A DNA stretch of 33,012 nucleotides from a virus (lineage: Duplodnaviria; Caudoviricetes). This document shows positions 25,785-33,012 of this stretch, piece by piece. The notes beneath the pieces were generated by a model that did no database searches, had not been told where the DNA came from, and saw nothing but the letters and a program-made list of their open reading frames with translations. How positions within the stretch are numbered: the first letter of the stretch is position 1; each line of letters opens with the position of its first letter. The stretch spans positions 1-33,012 of IMG/VR virus record IMGVR_UViG_3300005805_000012, one strand, 5' to 3'. Position numbers and translations under genes: made by a program.

Positions 25785-26530
25785 TTGTCGGTCTTTTCGT
25801 GATACTGATGGCATACCTTACATTGGTAGACTATTTTCTTCAACCCGGAGGCGGTAGTTTTTCGCTTGTTAATTATTAACTCATCGCTACCACATTCCGG
25901 GCAAGTTCCTCTGTCTTGTCCAAAGATAACCCCGTAGTGAGTTTTCGGAGCAATATGAACGGATAATTTTTTATGCACCTGCTCAAGTAAGCTGACATCC
26001 ATCTTGCAATACTTGACCATATAATCAAGTGCCTTTTTATCTTTTTTCAAAAACACATCTTTCCAAAGATTGAAGTCCGTCTTGATTTTGTGACCTATGC
26101 CTAAAAATTTAGCTATATAATCTAGGCGGTTAGAATTGAACCTAAACTGCGAGCGAGCAACCTTCAATGTATCAATCGTGACGTACTTAGGGAACATCGG
26201 TATCCCGTGATAAAGACAACGAGTCCGAATCCACGTTAGGTCAAATTTATCCCCGTTGTGACCTACTAACTCATCCGCTTGGTTTGCTATCTGGATGAAC
26301 TCCTCCAGCATAGCCTTGTCATCTTGGTTCTCATCCCAAGTTAAGCCATAGACTTTTCGGTCATCTTCCCACTTGTAGCAGATACAAATGATGGACCTCT
26401 CTTTGATAATGTTTGAATAGTCTATATTGATTTTTCTACCAACACTCCAACTTAGAACTACATTACAAGATGTCTCTATATCGAAATAGAGCCTTCTGCG
26501 TTTAGTTTTTAGATTGCTTTGAGGCTTCAT
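25781..26530 (-). CDS. DEDD/DnaQ-like (RNase H fold) exonuclease with C-terminal Zn ribbon
   Basis: YFDIET, GHNGDKFD, YCKMDV and CPECGS...CKVC motifs; start ATG 26530 or 26563, inside the HNH gene. Confidence 0.85.
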   Translation of the reverse strand: MKPQSNLKTKRRRLYFDIETSCNVVLSWSVGRKINIDYSNIIKERSIICICYKWEDDRKVYGLTWDENQDDKAMLEEFIQIANQADELVGHNGDKFDLTWIRTRCLYHGIPMFPKYVTIDTLKVARSQFRFNSNRLDYIAKFLGIGHKIKTDFNLWKDVFLKKDKKALDYMVKYCKMDVSLLEQVHKKLSVHIAPKTHYGVIFGQDRGTCPECGSDELIINKRKTTASGLKKIVYQCKVCHQYHEKTDK

Positions 26531-26987
26531 ATCTTTGCTTTGTTTTAAGTAGGATTCGTTCACGATTTTGCATATACCAATCGTGCTTATATTTTACTTT
26601 ATCTCTCGTTCTTCCATCTTTATAAGTTCCTATTTTTTCTGGTCTATTACAAACGTGCAATCCCATTCTAATTGAATGCTTTGTATTTTCTGCAAGTGTT
26701 ATATACTCAAGATTTAATGGGCGATTATTTAATTTATTGCCATCTATATGATTAACACATAACCCCTTCGGCATATCTCCTAAATAAAATTTAGCTACAA
26801 GCCTATGAATCTCATAAGACTTACTGCCTAATTTTACTCTTAAATATCCGGAAGGATTAAAAAACTGAGACAATTCTCTACCTTTTGCGTGTTTTGAATT
26901 TGAGAATACTTTCACTTCTCCTGTCTCTTCGTTTACTTGAATAGTGTAATACTTCGGTAATTCAAATGTCTTTATCATTATCGCCAT
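26502..26987 (-). CDS. HNH homing endonuclease (I-HmuI/HNH_3-like)
   Basis: GYLRVKL, IHRLVA, VNHIDGNKLNNRPLNLEYITLAENTKH motifs; AT-rich. Confidence 0.9.
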   Translation of the reverse strand: MAIMIKTFELPKYYTIQVNEETGEVKVFSNSKHAKGRELSQFFNPSGYLRVKLGSKSYEIHRLVAKFYLGDMPKGLCVNHIDGNKLNNRPLNLEYITLAENTKHSIRMGLHVCNRPEKIGTYKDGRTRDKVKYKHDWYMQNRERILLKTKQRYEASKQSKN

Positions 26988-27090
26988 TTACTATAAATAG
27001 CAATAATTGGGATTTTACCTCAATGTCGAATAAATATTTATTCACACCCTCAATGTCAAAGTAAAGTCGCTTTCGTTTCGTTATTAGCAT
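26962..27090 (-). pseudogene. Orphaned original 5' end of the exonuclease gene (MLITKRKRLYFDIE...)
   Basis: TAATG-coupled to the spanin stop; the first 14 codons parallel LKTKRRRLYFDIE of the exonuclease. Confidence 0.75.
26991..27019 (-). promoter_or_regulatory. Late-promoter motif carried by the HNH element
   Basis: CTATTTATAG just upstream of HNH ATG 26987; GGTAA further upstream. Confidence 0.55.
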
Positions 27091-27542
27091 TAGAGTAGTT
27101 TTAGTAGAGGCTTTCGTAATAGGTAGATAAGAAATATCAGTACAAGCCAAAATAAATACCACCACCTTTGCTTTGCTAATTCCTTGTATTCGTTGAGGCT
27201 CTCTTTGTATTTATTTAGTTCCTTTTCGAGAAGTAAAACGCGAGCATTGTCCACCACCACACTTTTAATCGTATCACGAATAGTGATAGTTCGAGTGATA
27301 ACCTTCTTCGGAAGTTTGACATATTGCGTATCTGTTTTTAGATGTAAGTCAATAATCGTATCAATCTCGTAAGTCGTATCGTGTACGATAGTCGTATCGC
27401 TCTTGGTTATTATCGTGGTATCGTTAGCGCAGTAGCCCGATTTGATAACTACCTCAGCGACCTGATCCAGCTTCTCTTTATCCTTGAGAACTTGCTTAAC
27501 AGGATTGCAGGCGAATAACAATATGAGTAAAAGATACCTCAT
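27090..27542 (-). CDS. Unimolecular spanin-like lipoprotein
   Basis: Lipoprotein signal MRYLLLILLFA-C, C-terminal TM WWYLFWLVLIFLIYLL-RK; directly after endolysin. Confidence 0.7.
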   Translation of the reverse strand: MRYLLLILLFACNPVKQVLKDKEKLDQVAEVVIKSGYCANDTTIITKSDTTIVHDTTYEIDTIIDLHLKTDTQYVKLPKKVITRTITIRDTIKSVVVDNARVLLLEKELNKYKESLNEYKELAKQRWWYLFWLVLIFLIYLLRKPLLKLL

Positions 27543-27958
27543 ATCTTGCTAAGCTGAAAGTGCATCCCGTCCTTGCGAGTCCAAGTACCACCCCAATCGA
27601 AGCCGTTATCCGTAAAGCATTTTACAAATCCCGGCGATAGCTTAGGAGTCTGTCCGAGTCCGTTCTCGAACGCATTGACATCGATGGCAATCGCCCAGCT
27701 ATGCAGGCTCATAGAACTCAATCCACGCTTCTTACGGATATTAAAGCAACCATCCCACGTCTTTAACTCCTTCACGTGACCCGTAGCAATTAAAGCCTGA
27801 AAAGCCTTCTTTAGAGGCTCTACCAAATCTTTGTTGCAGTAAATACGTTTAGGGATAACTCCGATCTCTAATTCAGTAGGTACATCCCACAAAACTAGAT
27901 TAGAGTTACTAGGAGATGGCTCTCCGTACTTTTTAAGAGCCTGTGTTGATGTCACCAT
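27539..27958 (-). CDS. Endolysin, M15 family peptidase
   Basis: SLHSWAIAIDVN (SxHxxxxAxD) and WGGTW...DGMHFQ motifs. Confidence 0.9.
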   Translation of the reverse strand: MVTSTQALKKYGEPSPSNSNLVLWDVPTELEIGVIPKRIYCNKDLVEPLKKAFQALIATGHVKELKTWDGCFNIRKKRGLSSMSLHSWAIAIDVNAFENGLGQTPKLSPGFVKCFTDNGFDWGGTWTRKDGMHFQLSKI

Positions 27959-28142
27959 CGGTAAAGAAGTTTGAGATGAACTTGCCTAGAATAGCTACCA
28001 CCATTACAATCGTACCGGCTACGGGATGCCCGTTAAGAACTACAATGCCAGCACCGAAAGTGCCAGCAGCAGCCAACGAATCACCTAGAATCCTAAATCT
28101 CTTAGGAGTCGGAGCGAAGTAAGATTTCCAACCGAATTTCAT
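27933..28142 (-). CDS. Holin (putative)
   Basis: 69 aa, two hydrophobic segments, upstream of endolysin. Confidence 0.6.
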   Translation of the reverse strand: MKFGWKSYFAPTPKRFRILGDSLAAAGTFGAGIVVLNGHPVAGTIVMVVAILGKFISNFFTDGDINTGS

Positions 28143-28357
28143 TCTCTATCTGCTTTGTTTTGTAATTGAATAGCGAGATTATTAATAGCTCTCTCGATCT
28201 TGTCTAGCTTGTCCATCATACGAGCATCTTCCTTCTCAATCATTGTTACCCGTATTTCTAACTCTTTAATCTTTAGAGTTGTCTTGACATAAATTGTAAT
28301 CAAGCCCCCCAAGATAGCGATGGCTTGACCTACCAAAAAGATACCTAACTGATTCAT
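28139..28357 (-). CDS. Membrane-anchored coiled-coil lysis-cassette protein (holin/antiholin-like)
   Basis: N-terminal TM plus coiled coil. Confidence 0.5.
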   Translation of the reverse strand: MNQLGIFLVGQAIAILGGLITIYVKTTLKIKELEIRVTMIEKEDARMMDKLDKIERAINNLAIQLQNKADRE

Positions 28358-28764
28358 TTTTTACTATCTATCAATTCAAATAATTGCGGATAGAACTCGT
28401 CAGTCTCGATACTCTCCAAAGTCTCCAAAGTCAAATCTGATCCCCACAAGGAAGATATATTCAAGTCCTTCTCAGCGGTTAGCAAATCCAAATGCTCCTT
28501 GTTGAAGGCTTCGATACTCTCACCGGGAACATATAAGGCATCGCCTTCCTGCTTTCCGTATTTCTCGAATAACTCCTTCTTAGCATCTTCGTACAATTTG
28601 ACCTCCTCCGATACGATCTTGTTCAATCGCTGGAGGTAAACCTTGTTTTTAAGGCTCATTTTGTGCTTTAAGAGTCCGAGACTGATTACTTCGTCTCCGT
28701 CTTTTGTTTGCTTTGTTACTCCGTTCAACTCGTAGTAGAGGTTGATGATTTCGTGTAGTTTCAT
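28354..28764 (-). CDS. Hypothetical protein
   Basis: 136 aa; CTATTTA motif at 28781-28787 upstream. Confidence 0.6.
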   Translation of the reverse strand: MKLHEIINLYYELNGVTKQTKDGDEVISLGLLKHKMSLKNKVYLQRLNKIVSEEVKLYEDAKKELFEKYGKQEGDALYVPGESIEAFNKEHLDLLTAEKDLNISSLWGSDLTLETLESIETDEFYPQLFELIDSKK

Positions 28765-28793
28765 TTTTAGGTATTTATGGTAAATAGAAAATC

Positions 28794-29069
28794 TTAGAGA
28801 ATTGTCAGCCCTAGCTTACCAGCACCCCAAGTATATGCCCAATCGTTGTTACCATCCCAAGAATCGTAATCTGTTCCTGTCAGGCTCAGGTTCCCTTGAG
28901 ATACTTGCTCGGTAGATTCGTTGCCTTCTTGATCTACGTTTACCGCCAAAAGCTCATAGTAGAATGTAGCGGAATCCTCAAGGTTATCGAAGATTGAGTT
29001 CATATTGAACTTCGTAGCAGATTTCACTTGTCCGTTACTCCAGACATTTACTGCTTGAATTGTTTTCAT
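28794..29069 (-). CDS. Tail-fibre-associated small protein
   Basis: Directly follows the fibre gene; GNLSLTGTDYDSWDGNNDWAYTW. Confidence 0.55.
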   Translation of the reverse strand: MKTIQAVNVWSNGQVKSATKFNMNSIFDNLEDSATFYYELLAVNVDQEGNESTEQVSQGNLSLTGTDYDSWDGNNDWAYTWGAGKLGLTIL

Positions 29070-29088
29070 TTGTTGTTTATTTTAAGAG

Positions 29089-30996
29089 TTAAAGTGCTAC
29101 CCAAGATGTTCCGTTATAGTAGTTTAATTTATTGTTCGTTGTATCGTAAACCATAAGACCTGAAGCCGGAGTTGCAATGGCAACCATTTGTGCGTTCGTC
29201 ATTCGAGGTGGTAGGAACCCTTTTGTTGTTGATGTTGCTTGTAAAATTGCACTCGCTACATCGGTGGTTGTTCCCACCATTAAATTCCCACCTGTTGTTA
29301 ATCTTGCCAATGCAGCACCGCCACTTGTTGCAGTCCGCCAAACGTGACCATTTGTTGCGTCTAATGAATACGCACTATTACCACCAATTTGCATCGAAAT
29401 ACTGCCTCCACTGTTCCAAGTCATAGTAGTAGATGAACGCCCAAATGTATATCCACCGCCGCTGAAAAAATTTATTGTTGGAGTAGCTGAATAAATGTTC
29501 AATGTTCCAGTTGTTCCATTATCTAAACGCAATTCTGTACCGCTTACTCTTGCCGTTCCGTTTACATCCAACTTGTATCCTGCATCTGTGGTTGTGCCGA
29601 TTGCGACATTTCCATTTGTAAAAATGCGCATCCTTTCAGTTCGTGTTACTGAATTGCCATTAAAAAACCCGATATTCTCATTTGATTGTATTTCAAGTAA
29701 TGTGGCACTTATGCCAATTCCGTAAATTGTTGAACTTCCACCATCATCATAAACTCTTAATTTTACGTTTGCAGAACTTCCGGCAGTAGTTCCAAAAGTT
29801 GCACCTAAACTTAAAACAGCAGGGGTAGCGGTTCCAACTGGACTAGTATTTCCAACCAATAAACTCAACCCACTATTATTCTGAATCCTTGCTTTTCCAT
29901 TTATATCAAGCAAATAAGATGCGCTTGGAGTTGCAGTATTTACCCCAATACTTGTACCATTATCAAACACCAATGAGTTCCCTAACGCACTTGAACTTGT
30001 CCACTTGGAGAGATAGTTGGTAGTGCCGGAGCCGGATACTCCACCGAGTCCTGCGAGAGTATAAGTAGGGATATTCAAAGTAGCACCTACAAGAGTAGCC
30101 GATCCACTTGATCCAGTAGTCGTTAAAGTAATCGCATTTTGCTTTGCGTTAAACGTAGACCAATCAGCAGAACTCAACGCACCGCGATTGGTAGCCGAAG
30201 CCGTAGGAAGATTGAAAGTATGAGTCGAAGTAGTAGAAGAAATCGCAAAGTCAGTTCCAGACGTACCCGTAGCAAAAGTTTGAGTAACCGCAGTCAGCCC
30301 ATTAAGAGAAGTGATGCCGTTGTCCGTCAAGGTAGCATTTACCCAAGCCGTTCCATTGTATTGCAAGACCTGATTAGAAGAAGGAGAAGTCAAAGTAACA
30401 TCACCCAACTGAGTCAAAGAATAATCTCCTTCCGTAGCTACCACGTTCCCGGTTCTGCCGAATACCGAAGTAACAGGCACAGAGATTGTTCCATTTACCC
30501 ACGATGTACCATTGTACTGCAAGACCTGATTCGTAGAAGGAGTCGTAATAGCTACATCACCGAGCTGGTCTAAACTATAATCACCCTCCGCAGCTACAAT
30601 CGCGCCCGTTCTTCCAAAGACGGAAGTCACCGCATCGGTATTCAAATCGCTCCAACTAGCCGTCAAAGTAGAGCCATCTTGCTTCGTTAAGGTCAAAGTC
30701 TTTGTAGTCGTACCGCTAACACCAACCGAAACCAAACTCCTATCGTATGCCGTATTCCAAGTGGTGGGAGTAATGTTCACCCAATTCGTTCCATTGTAGC
30801 TTAGTATTTGACCGGGTACTGGAGATATTATATCCACGTTATTTAGGTCACCAATGGATGTACTATTATCAATTAAAGTATTCAGAGCAGCTAATGTGGC
30901 TTTGTAGGAATACCCGGTACTAGGGTCTCCAACAATCATTAAATCATTCAAACTCGGAGTCCGTACACTTAACTCATTTATCTTCTTATTCGGCAT
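29089..30996 (-). CDS. Tail fibre / receptor-binding protein
   Basis: T/S/G-rich; repeats VTSVFGRTG..EGDYSL.QLGDV and QVLQYNGT.WVN; GNVAIGTT..YKLDVNG; KGFLPPRMT...GLMVYDTT. Confidence 0.8.
   Translation of the reverse strand: MPNKKINELSVRTPSLNDLMIVGDPSTGYSYKATLAALNTLIDNSTSIGDLNNVDIISPVPGQILSYNGTNWVNITPTTWNTAYDRSLVSVGVSGTTTKTLTLTKQDGSTLTASWSDLNTDAVTSVFGRTGAIVAAEGDYSLDQLGDVAITTPSTNQVLQYNGTSWVNGTISVPVTSVFGRTGNVVATEGDYSLTQLGDVTLTSPSSNQVLQYNGTAWVNATLTDNGITSLNGLTAVTQTFATGTSGTDFAISSTTSTHTFNLPTASATNRGALSSADWSTFNAKQNAITLTTTGSSGSATLVGATLNIPTYTLAGLGGVSGSGTTNYLSKWTSSSALGNSLVFDNGTSIGVNTATPSASYLLDINGKARIQNNSGLSLLVGNTSPVGTATPAVLSLGATFGTTAGSSANVKLRVYDDGGSSTIYGIGISATLLEIQSNENIGFFNGNSVTRTERMRIFTNGNVAIGTTTDAGYKLDVNGTARVSGTELRLDNGTTGTLNIYSATPTINFFSGGGYTFGRSSTTMTWNSGGSISMQIGGNSAYSLDATNGHVWRTATSGGAALARLTTGGNLMVGTTTDVASAILQATSTTKGFLPPRMTNAQMVAIATPASGLMVYDTTNNKLNYYNGTSWVAL
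30320..30632 (-). repeat. Tandem 156-nt (52-codon) coding repeat in the tail fibre
   Basis: TGCAAGACCTGATT at 30362 and 30518; duplicated peptide unit. Confidence 0.75.
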
Positions 30997-31006
30997 CTTT
31001 TATTAT

Positions 31007-31459
31007 TTAACTAGGATAAGTAAAATTGGAAGGCACTACACAACGATTCGCCAAGAACGGAATGTCAATGCTGATATCAGCACGAACCCCACCCAACAGA
31101 TCTGGACTATCATCACTAAAGAAATTCAAAGTTGCACTCAACCCCTCATCGAACTCGAAAGCATTACTCCTCAACTGAGCAATAATATCCTGACATACAT
31201 CAAGCATATCCGACAATACCTCGGTCTCGTTGGTATCTTCGTGAAGCACCCTATCGAAAAAATACAAAGAGAAGTTCAAGACAGTAGACTTCTCGGTAAT
31301 GCTTCCACCCGTCAAATCAAAGTAGAGACTCGGATAGACGTTCTCAGTTCCGCGACTTAGGTAGTCCACTAAATCTCCGAAGTATACGCTCTTTATCTGC
31401 TGATGCGCGTTCCCTAGATCGGTTATTGTCTTTACTATCTTGTTGAGGGTTAGTGCCAT
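31007..31459 (-). CDS. Tail terminator-like protein
   Basis: 150 aa acidic, ETEVLSDMLDVCQDII; follows the head-tail adaptor. Confidence 0.55.
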   Translation of the reverse strand: MALTLNKIVKTITDLGNAHQQIKSVYFGDLVDYLSRGTENVYPSLYFDLTGGSITEKSTVLNFSLYFFDRVLHEDTNETEVLSDMLDVCQDIIAQLRSNAFEFDEGLSATLNFFSDDSPDLLGGVRADISIDIPFLANRCVVPSNFTYPS

Positions 31460-31509
31460 TCTGTTCTAAATAGATTTTGAGTTTCTTTTGATTCCTAAGT
31501 GAGTAGGTT

Positions 31510-32100
31510 TTATTTGCCACAACAACGATTTAGGTTACCTTGATATTTTTCTTCAAAAGACTTACCGCGACAACAATCGTCATCACCCAACCAAATCGAA
31601 GTCGTATATGCTTCGTTGTCTGGAATAATCGTATCAACTCCTTGACCCGGATTGTTATATTGCGGGAACAAATTCTGACCCGATTTCTCTTGCAAATAGC
31701 GAACCAATCTTTGCTTGTAGAACTCCGCACGTGACTTATATCTATCGGCTACATCAATAATCTCGGCAGCACTAGGGTTATCCTGACCATCCCCACTCTT
31801 GCGAATCATTCCCTTATTGTAGAACTGATACGAGAGACCCATAGGAAGCTCACTAATCACGTAATAAACAAGGCACGGAGTGATATAGGTATCAATCAAA
31901 GCTGACTCATCATTTGTCAAATCTTGATTCATTATACCATCCTGCAAGCGATCATAGAGCGCAGAACCCAAAGCCGGAAGGATATACATATCCTGAGCCG
32001 TCAGAATCTCCGGGTTAATCAACTTGTCATCCGTATTCGCGTGCAGACCCGTTCTGTCTTTGATAGTCTGTACCGATATAAAAAGTATATTCCTACTCAT
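31510..32100 (-). CDS. Head-tail adaptor (putative)
   Basis: AQDMYILPALGSALYDRL and AEFYKQRLVRYL motifs; directly after portal. Confidence 0.6.
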   Translation of the reverse strand: MSRNILFISVQTIKDRTGLHANTDDKLINPEILTAQDMYILPALGSALYDRLQDGIMNQDLTNDESALIDTYITPCLVYYVISELPMGLSYQFYNKGMIRKSGDGQDNPSAAEIIDVADRYKSRAEFYKQRLVRYLQEKSGQNLFPQYNNPGQGVDTIIPDNEAYTTSIWLGDDDCCRGKSFEEKYQGNLNRCCGK

Positions 32101-32101
32101 C

Positions 32102-33012
32102 TTATTTATTTTTGCGAACTACAATCTTACTAACCCACTCGTGACGGCAAGACGGAGAATGAATCCCGTTAGGCATTGTCCACCATCCACCGCCTCTATC
32201 GAATACAGAATATCCTAAACGAGCAGACAACATCTCGATCTCTGCTCTCGTATAAAGCCTATTCAACTCTATCAATTTAGCACAGAATGGACGAGAAGGA
32301 TGAGAAGCAGTATCTCTCTCACCCGTAGGTACTATGTTTTTCCACTCGTACTTGTAACGAACCAAGAACGTAGTCTTTACAGGCTTATCGATTACCTCGG
32401 CAAGAGGCTTGTTCATCTTAGGCACTCCAGCATCGTCAACCTTTACGATGTCTAATTCCTTTAGCTTGTTGATTCGCTCTTGAACAACCGCCAAATCTTC
32501 TTTGACTGCTTTAGCAATATCCTCAACCAGTACATTTTTATTCTTTGCTATTGTATTAAGAATCTTTTTATCCAATGTGTCATCCACTACCTCTGCGAAG
32601 AACTGCGATTCGTTCTCCTCAATTTTATCTGAGCTAAACACAGAACGAGTAGCGAGTACAGCATAATCATTAGCATCTGATCCATATTCGCTAAATAATT
32701 GAATTACTGAATCAATATCAGAACTGAACTCATCCGTACCTAACCAAGTAGCCAGCTCCTCCTCTCCGAGTCCATAAGCACTCTTGAGCATCTGAGAAGC
32801 CTGCTCACGTGTAATTTTACCCTTATTGTACTCTCGGATAATACGTTGGAAGTTCTGCCACTCCCTGCCTTTCATTCCCTTGAGATGCTCGTTAACCATT
32901 GCCTGAGTAGGTTCTGGAGCAGTAGCCGGATTGGTTACATTTTGCGTTTGATTCAACGGAGGCAATCCCATCTTCTCACGAATCTCGTCCTGAGTCATAT
33001 TCGCAGCGATAG
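32102..33012 (-). CDS. Portal protein, 3' part, with winged-HTH and MuF-like extension
   Basis: In frame with 1117..1 through the terminal overlap; MTQDEIREKMGL, LDKKILNTI...EDIAKAV...VQERINKL, SRPFC...HSPSCRHEW. Confidence 0.8.
   Translation of the reverse strand, partial: IAANMTQDEIREKMGLPPLNQTQNVTNPATAPEPTQAMVNEHLKGMKGREWQNFQRIIREYNKGKITREQASQMLKSAYGLGEEELATWLGTDEFSSDIDSVIQLFSEYGSDANDYAVLATRSVFSSDKIEENESQFFAEVVDDTLDKKILNTIAKNKNVLVEDIAKAVKEDLAVVQERINKLKELDIVKVDDAGVPKMNKPLAEVIDKPVKTTFLVRYKYEWKNIVPTGERDTASHPSRPFCAKLIELNRLYTRAEIEMLSARLGYSVFDRGGGWWTMPNGIHSPSCRHEWVSKIVVRKNK

Noticed and set aside
26500-27060. Group I intron around the HNH gene
   Set aside because: Only about 60 nt of non-HNH sequence, too little for a ribozyme core; the duplicated start makes splicing unnecessary
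30320-30632. Fibre repeats as a diversity-generating retroelement TR/VR pair
   Set aside because: No reverse transcriptase; differences are mostly synonymous and not adenine-specific
31344-31520. 58-codon GTG ORF (VANKTYSLRNQKKLKIYLE...) overlapping the tail terminator gene
   Set aside because: Mostly overlaps 31007-31459 out of frame and coincides with a promoter motif; unsupported, though it would make that motif copy ambiguous
32980-33012. 33-bp terminal repeat as a biological DTR or att site
   Set aside because: It falls mid-portal and its length matches a typical assembler k-mer, so it is best explained as circular overlap

Overview
The window is an apparently complete, circularly assembled genome (32,979 bp unique; bases 1-33 are repeated exactly at 32980-33012) of a small tailed dsDNA phage. 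It is probably a siphovirus infecting a Bacteroidota host, judged from a TTTG-N21-TAnnTTTG promoter at 18029-18061 and start codons mostly lacking Shine-Dalgarno sites. Two arms diverge from a control/origin region at about 17.8-18.1 kb. The + arm (18.1-24.9 kb) carries early, recombination and replication genes: ERF annealase, SSB, NinG, a frameshifted C5-methyltransferase, a DnaA-C-like HTH protein and a replication initiator. The - arm carries an ECF-like sigma factor, a glycosyltransferase/acyltransferase module, terminases, tail genes, head genes, a portal crossing the assembly junction, tail fibre, lysis genes and a DEDD exonuclease. No integrase, repressor, DNA polymerase, tRNA or CRISPR array was seen. 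The main oddities are: (1) a richly structured ~270-nt leader with SD/anti-SD pairings in front of terL; (2) a phage sigma factor with a recurring CTATTTA promoter motif; (3) an HNH gene sitting in the exonuclease FDIE active-site codons and supplying a recoded gene start; (4) a portal fused to a winged-HTH and a MuF-like domain; (5) an iteron-like origin apparently detached from the initiator gene; (6) a GT4/acyltransferase/GT2 cassette; (7) apparent absence of CATG and GGCC. All product calls come from motifs recognised by eye, not from database searches.
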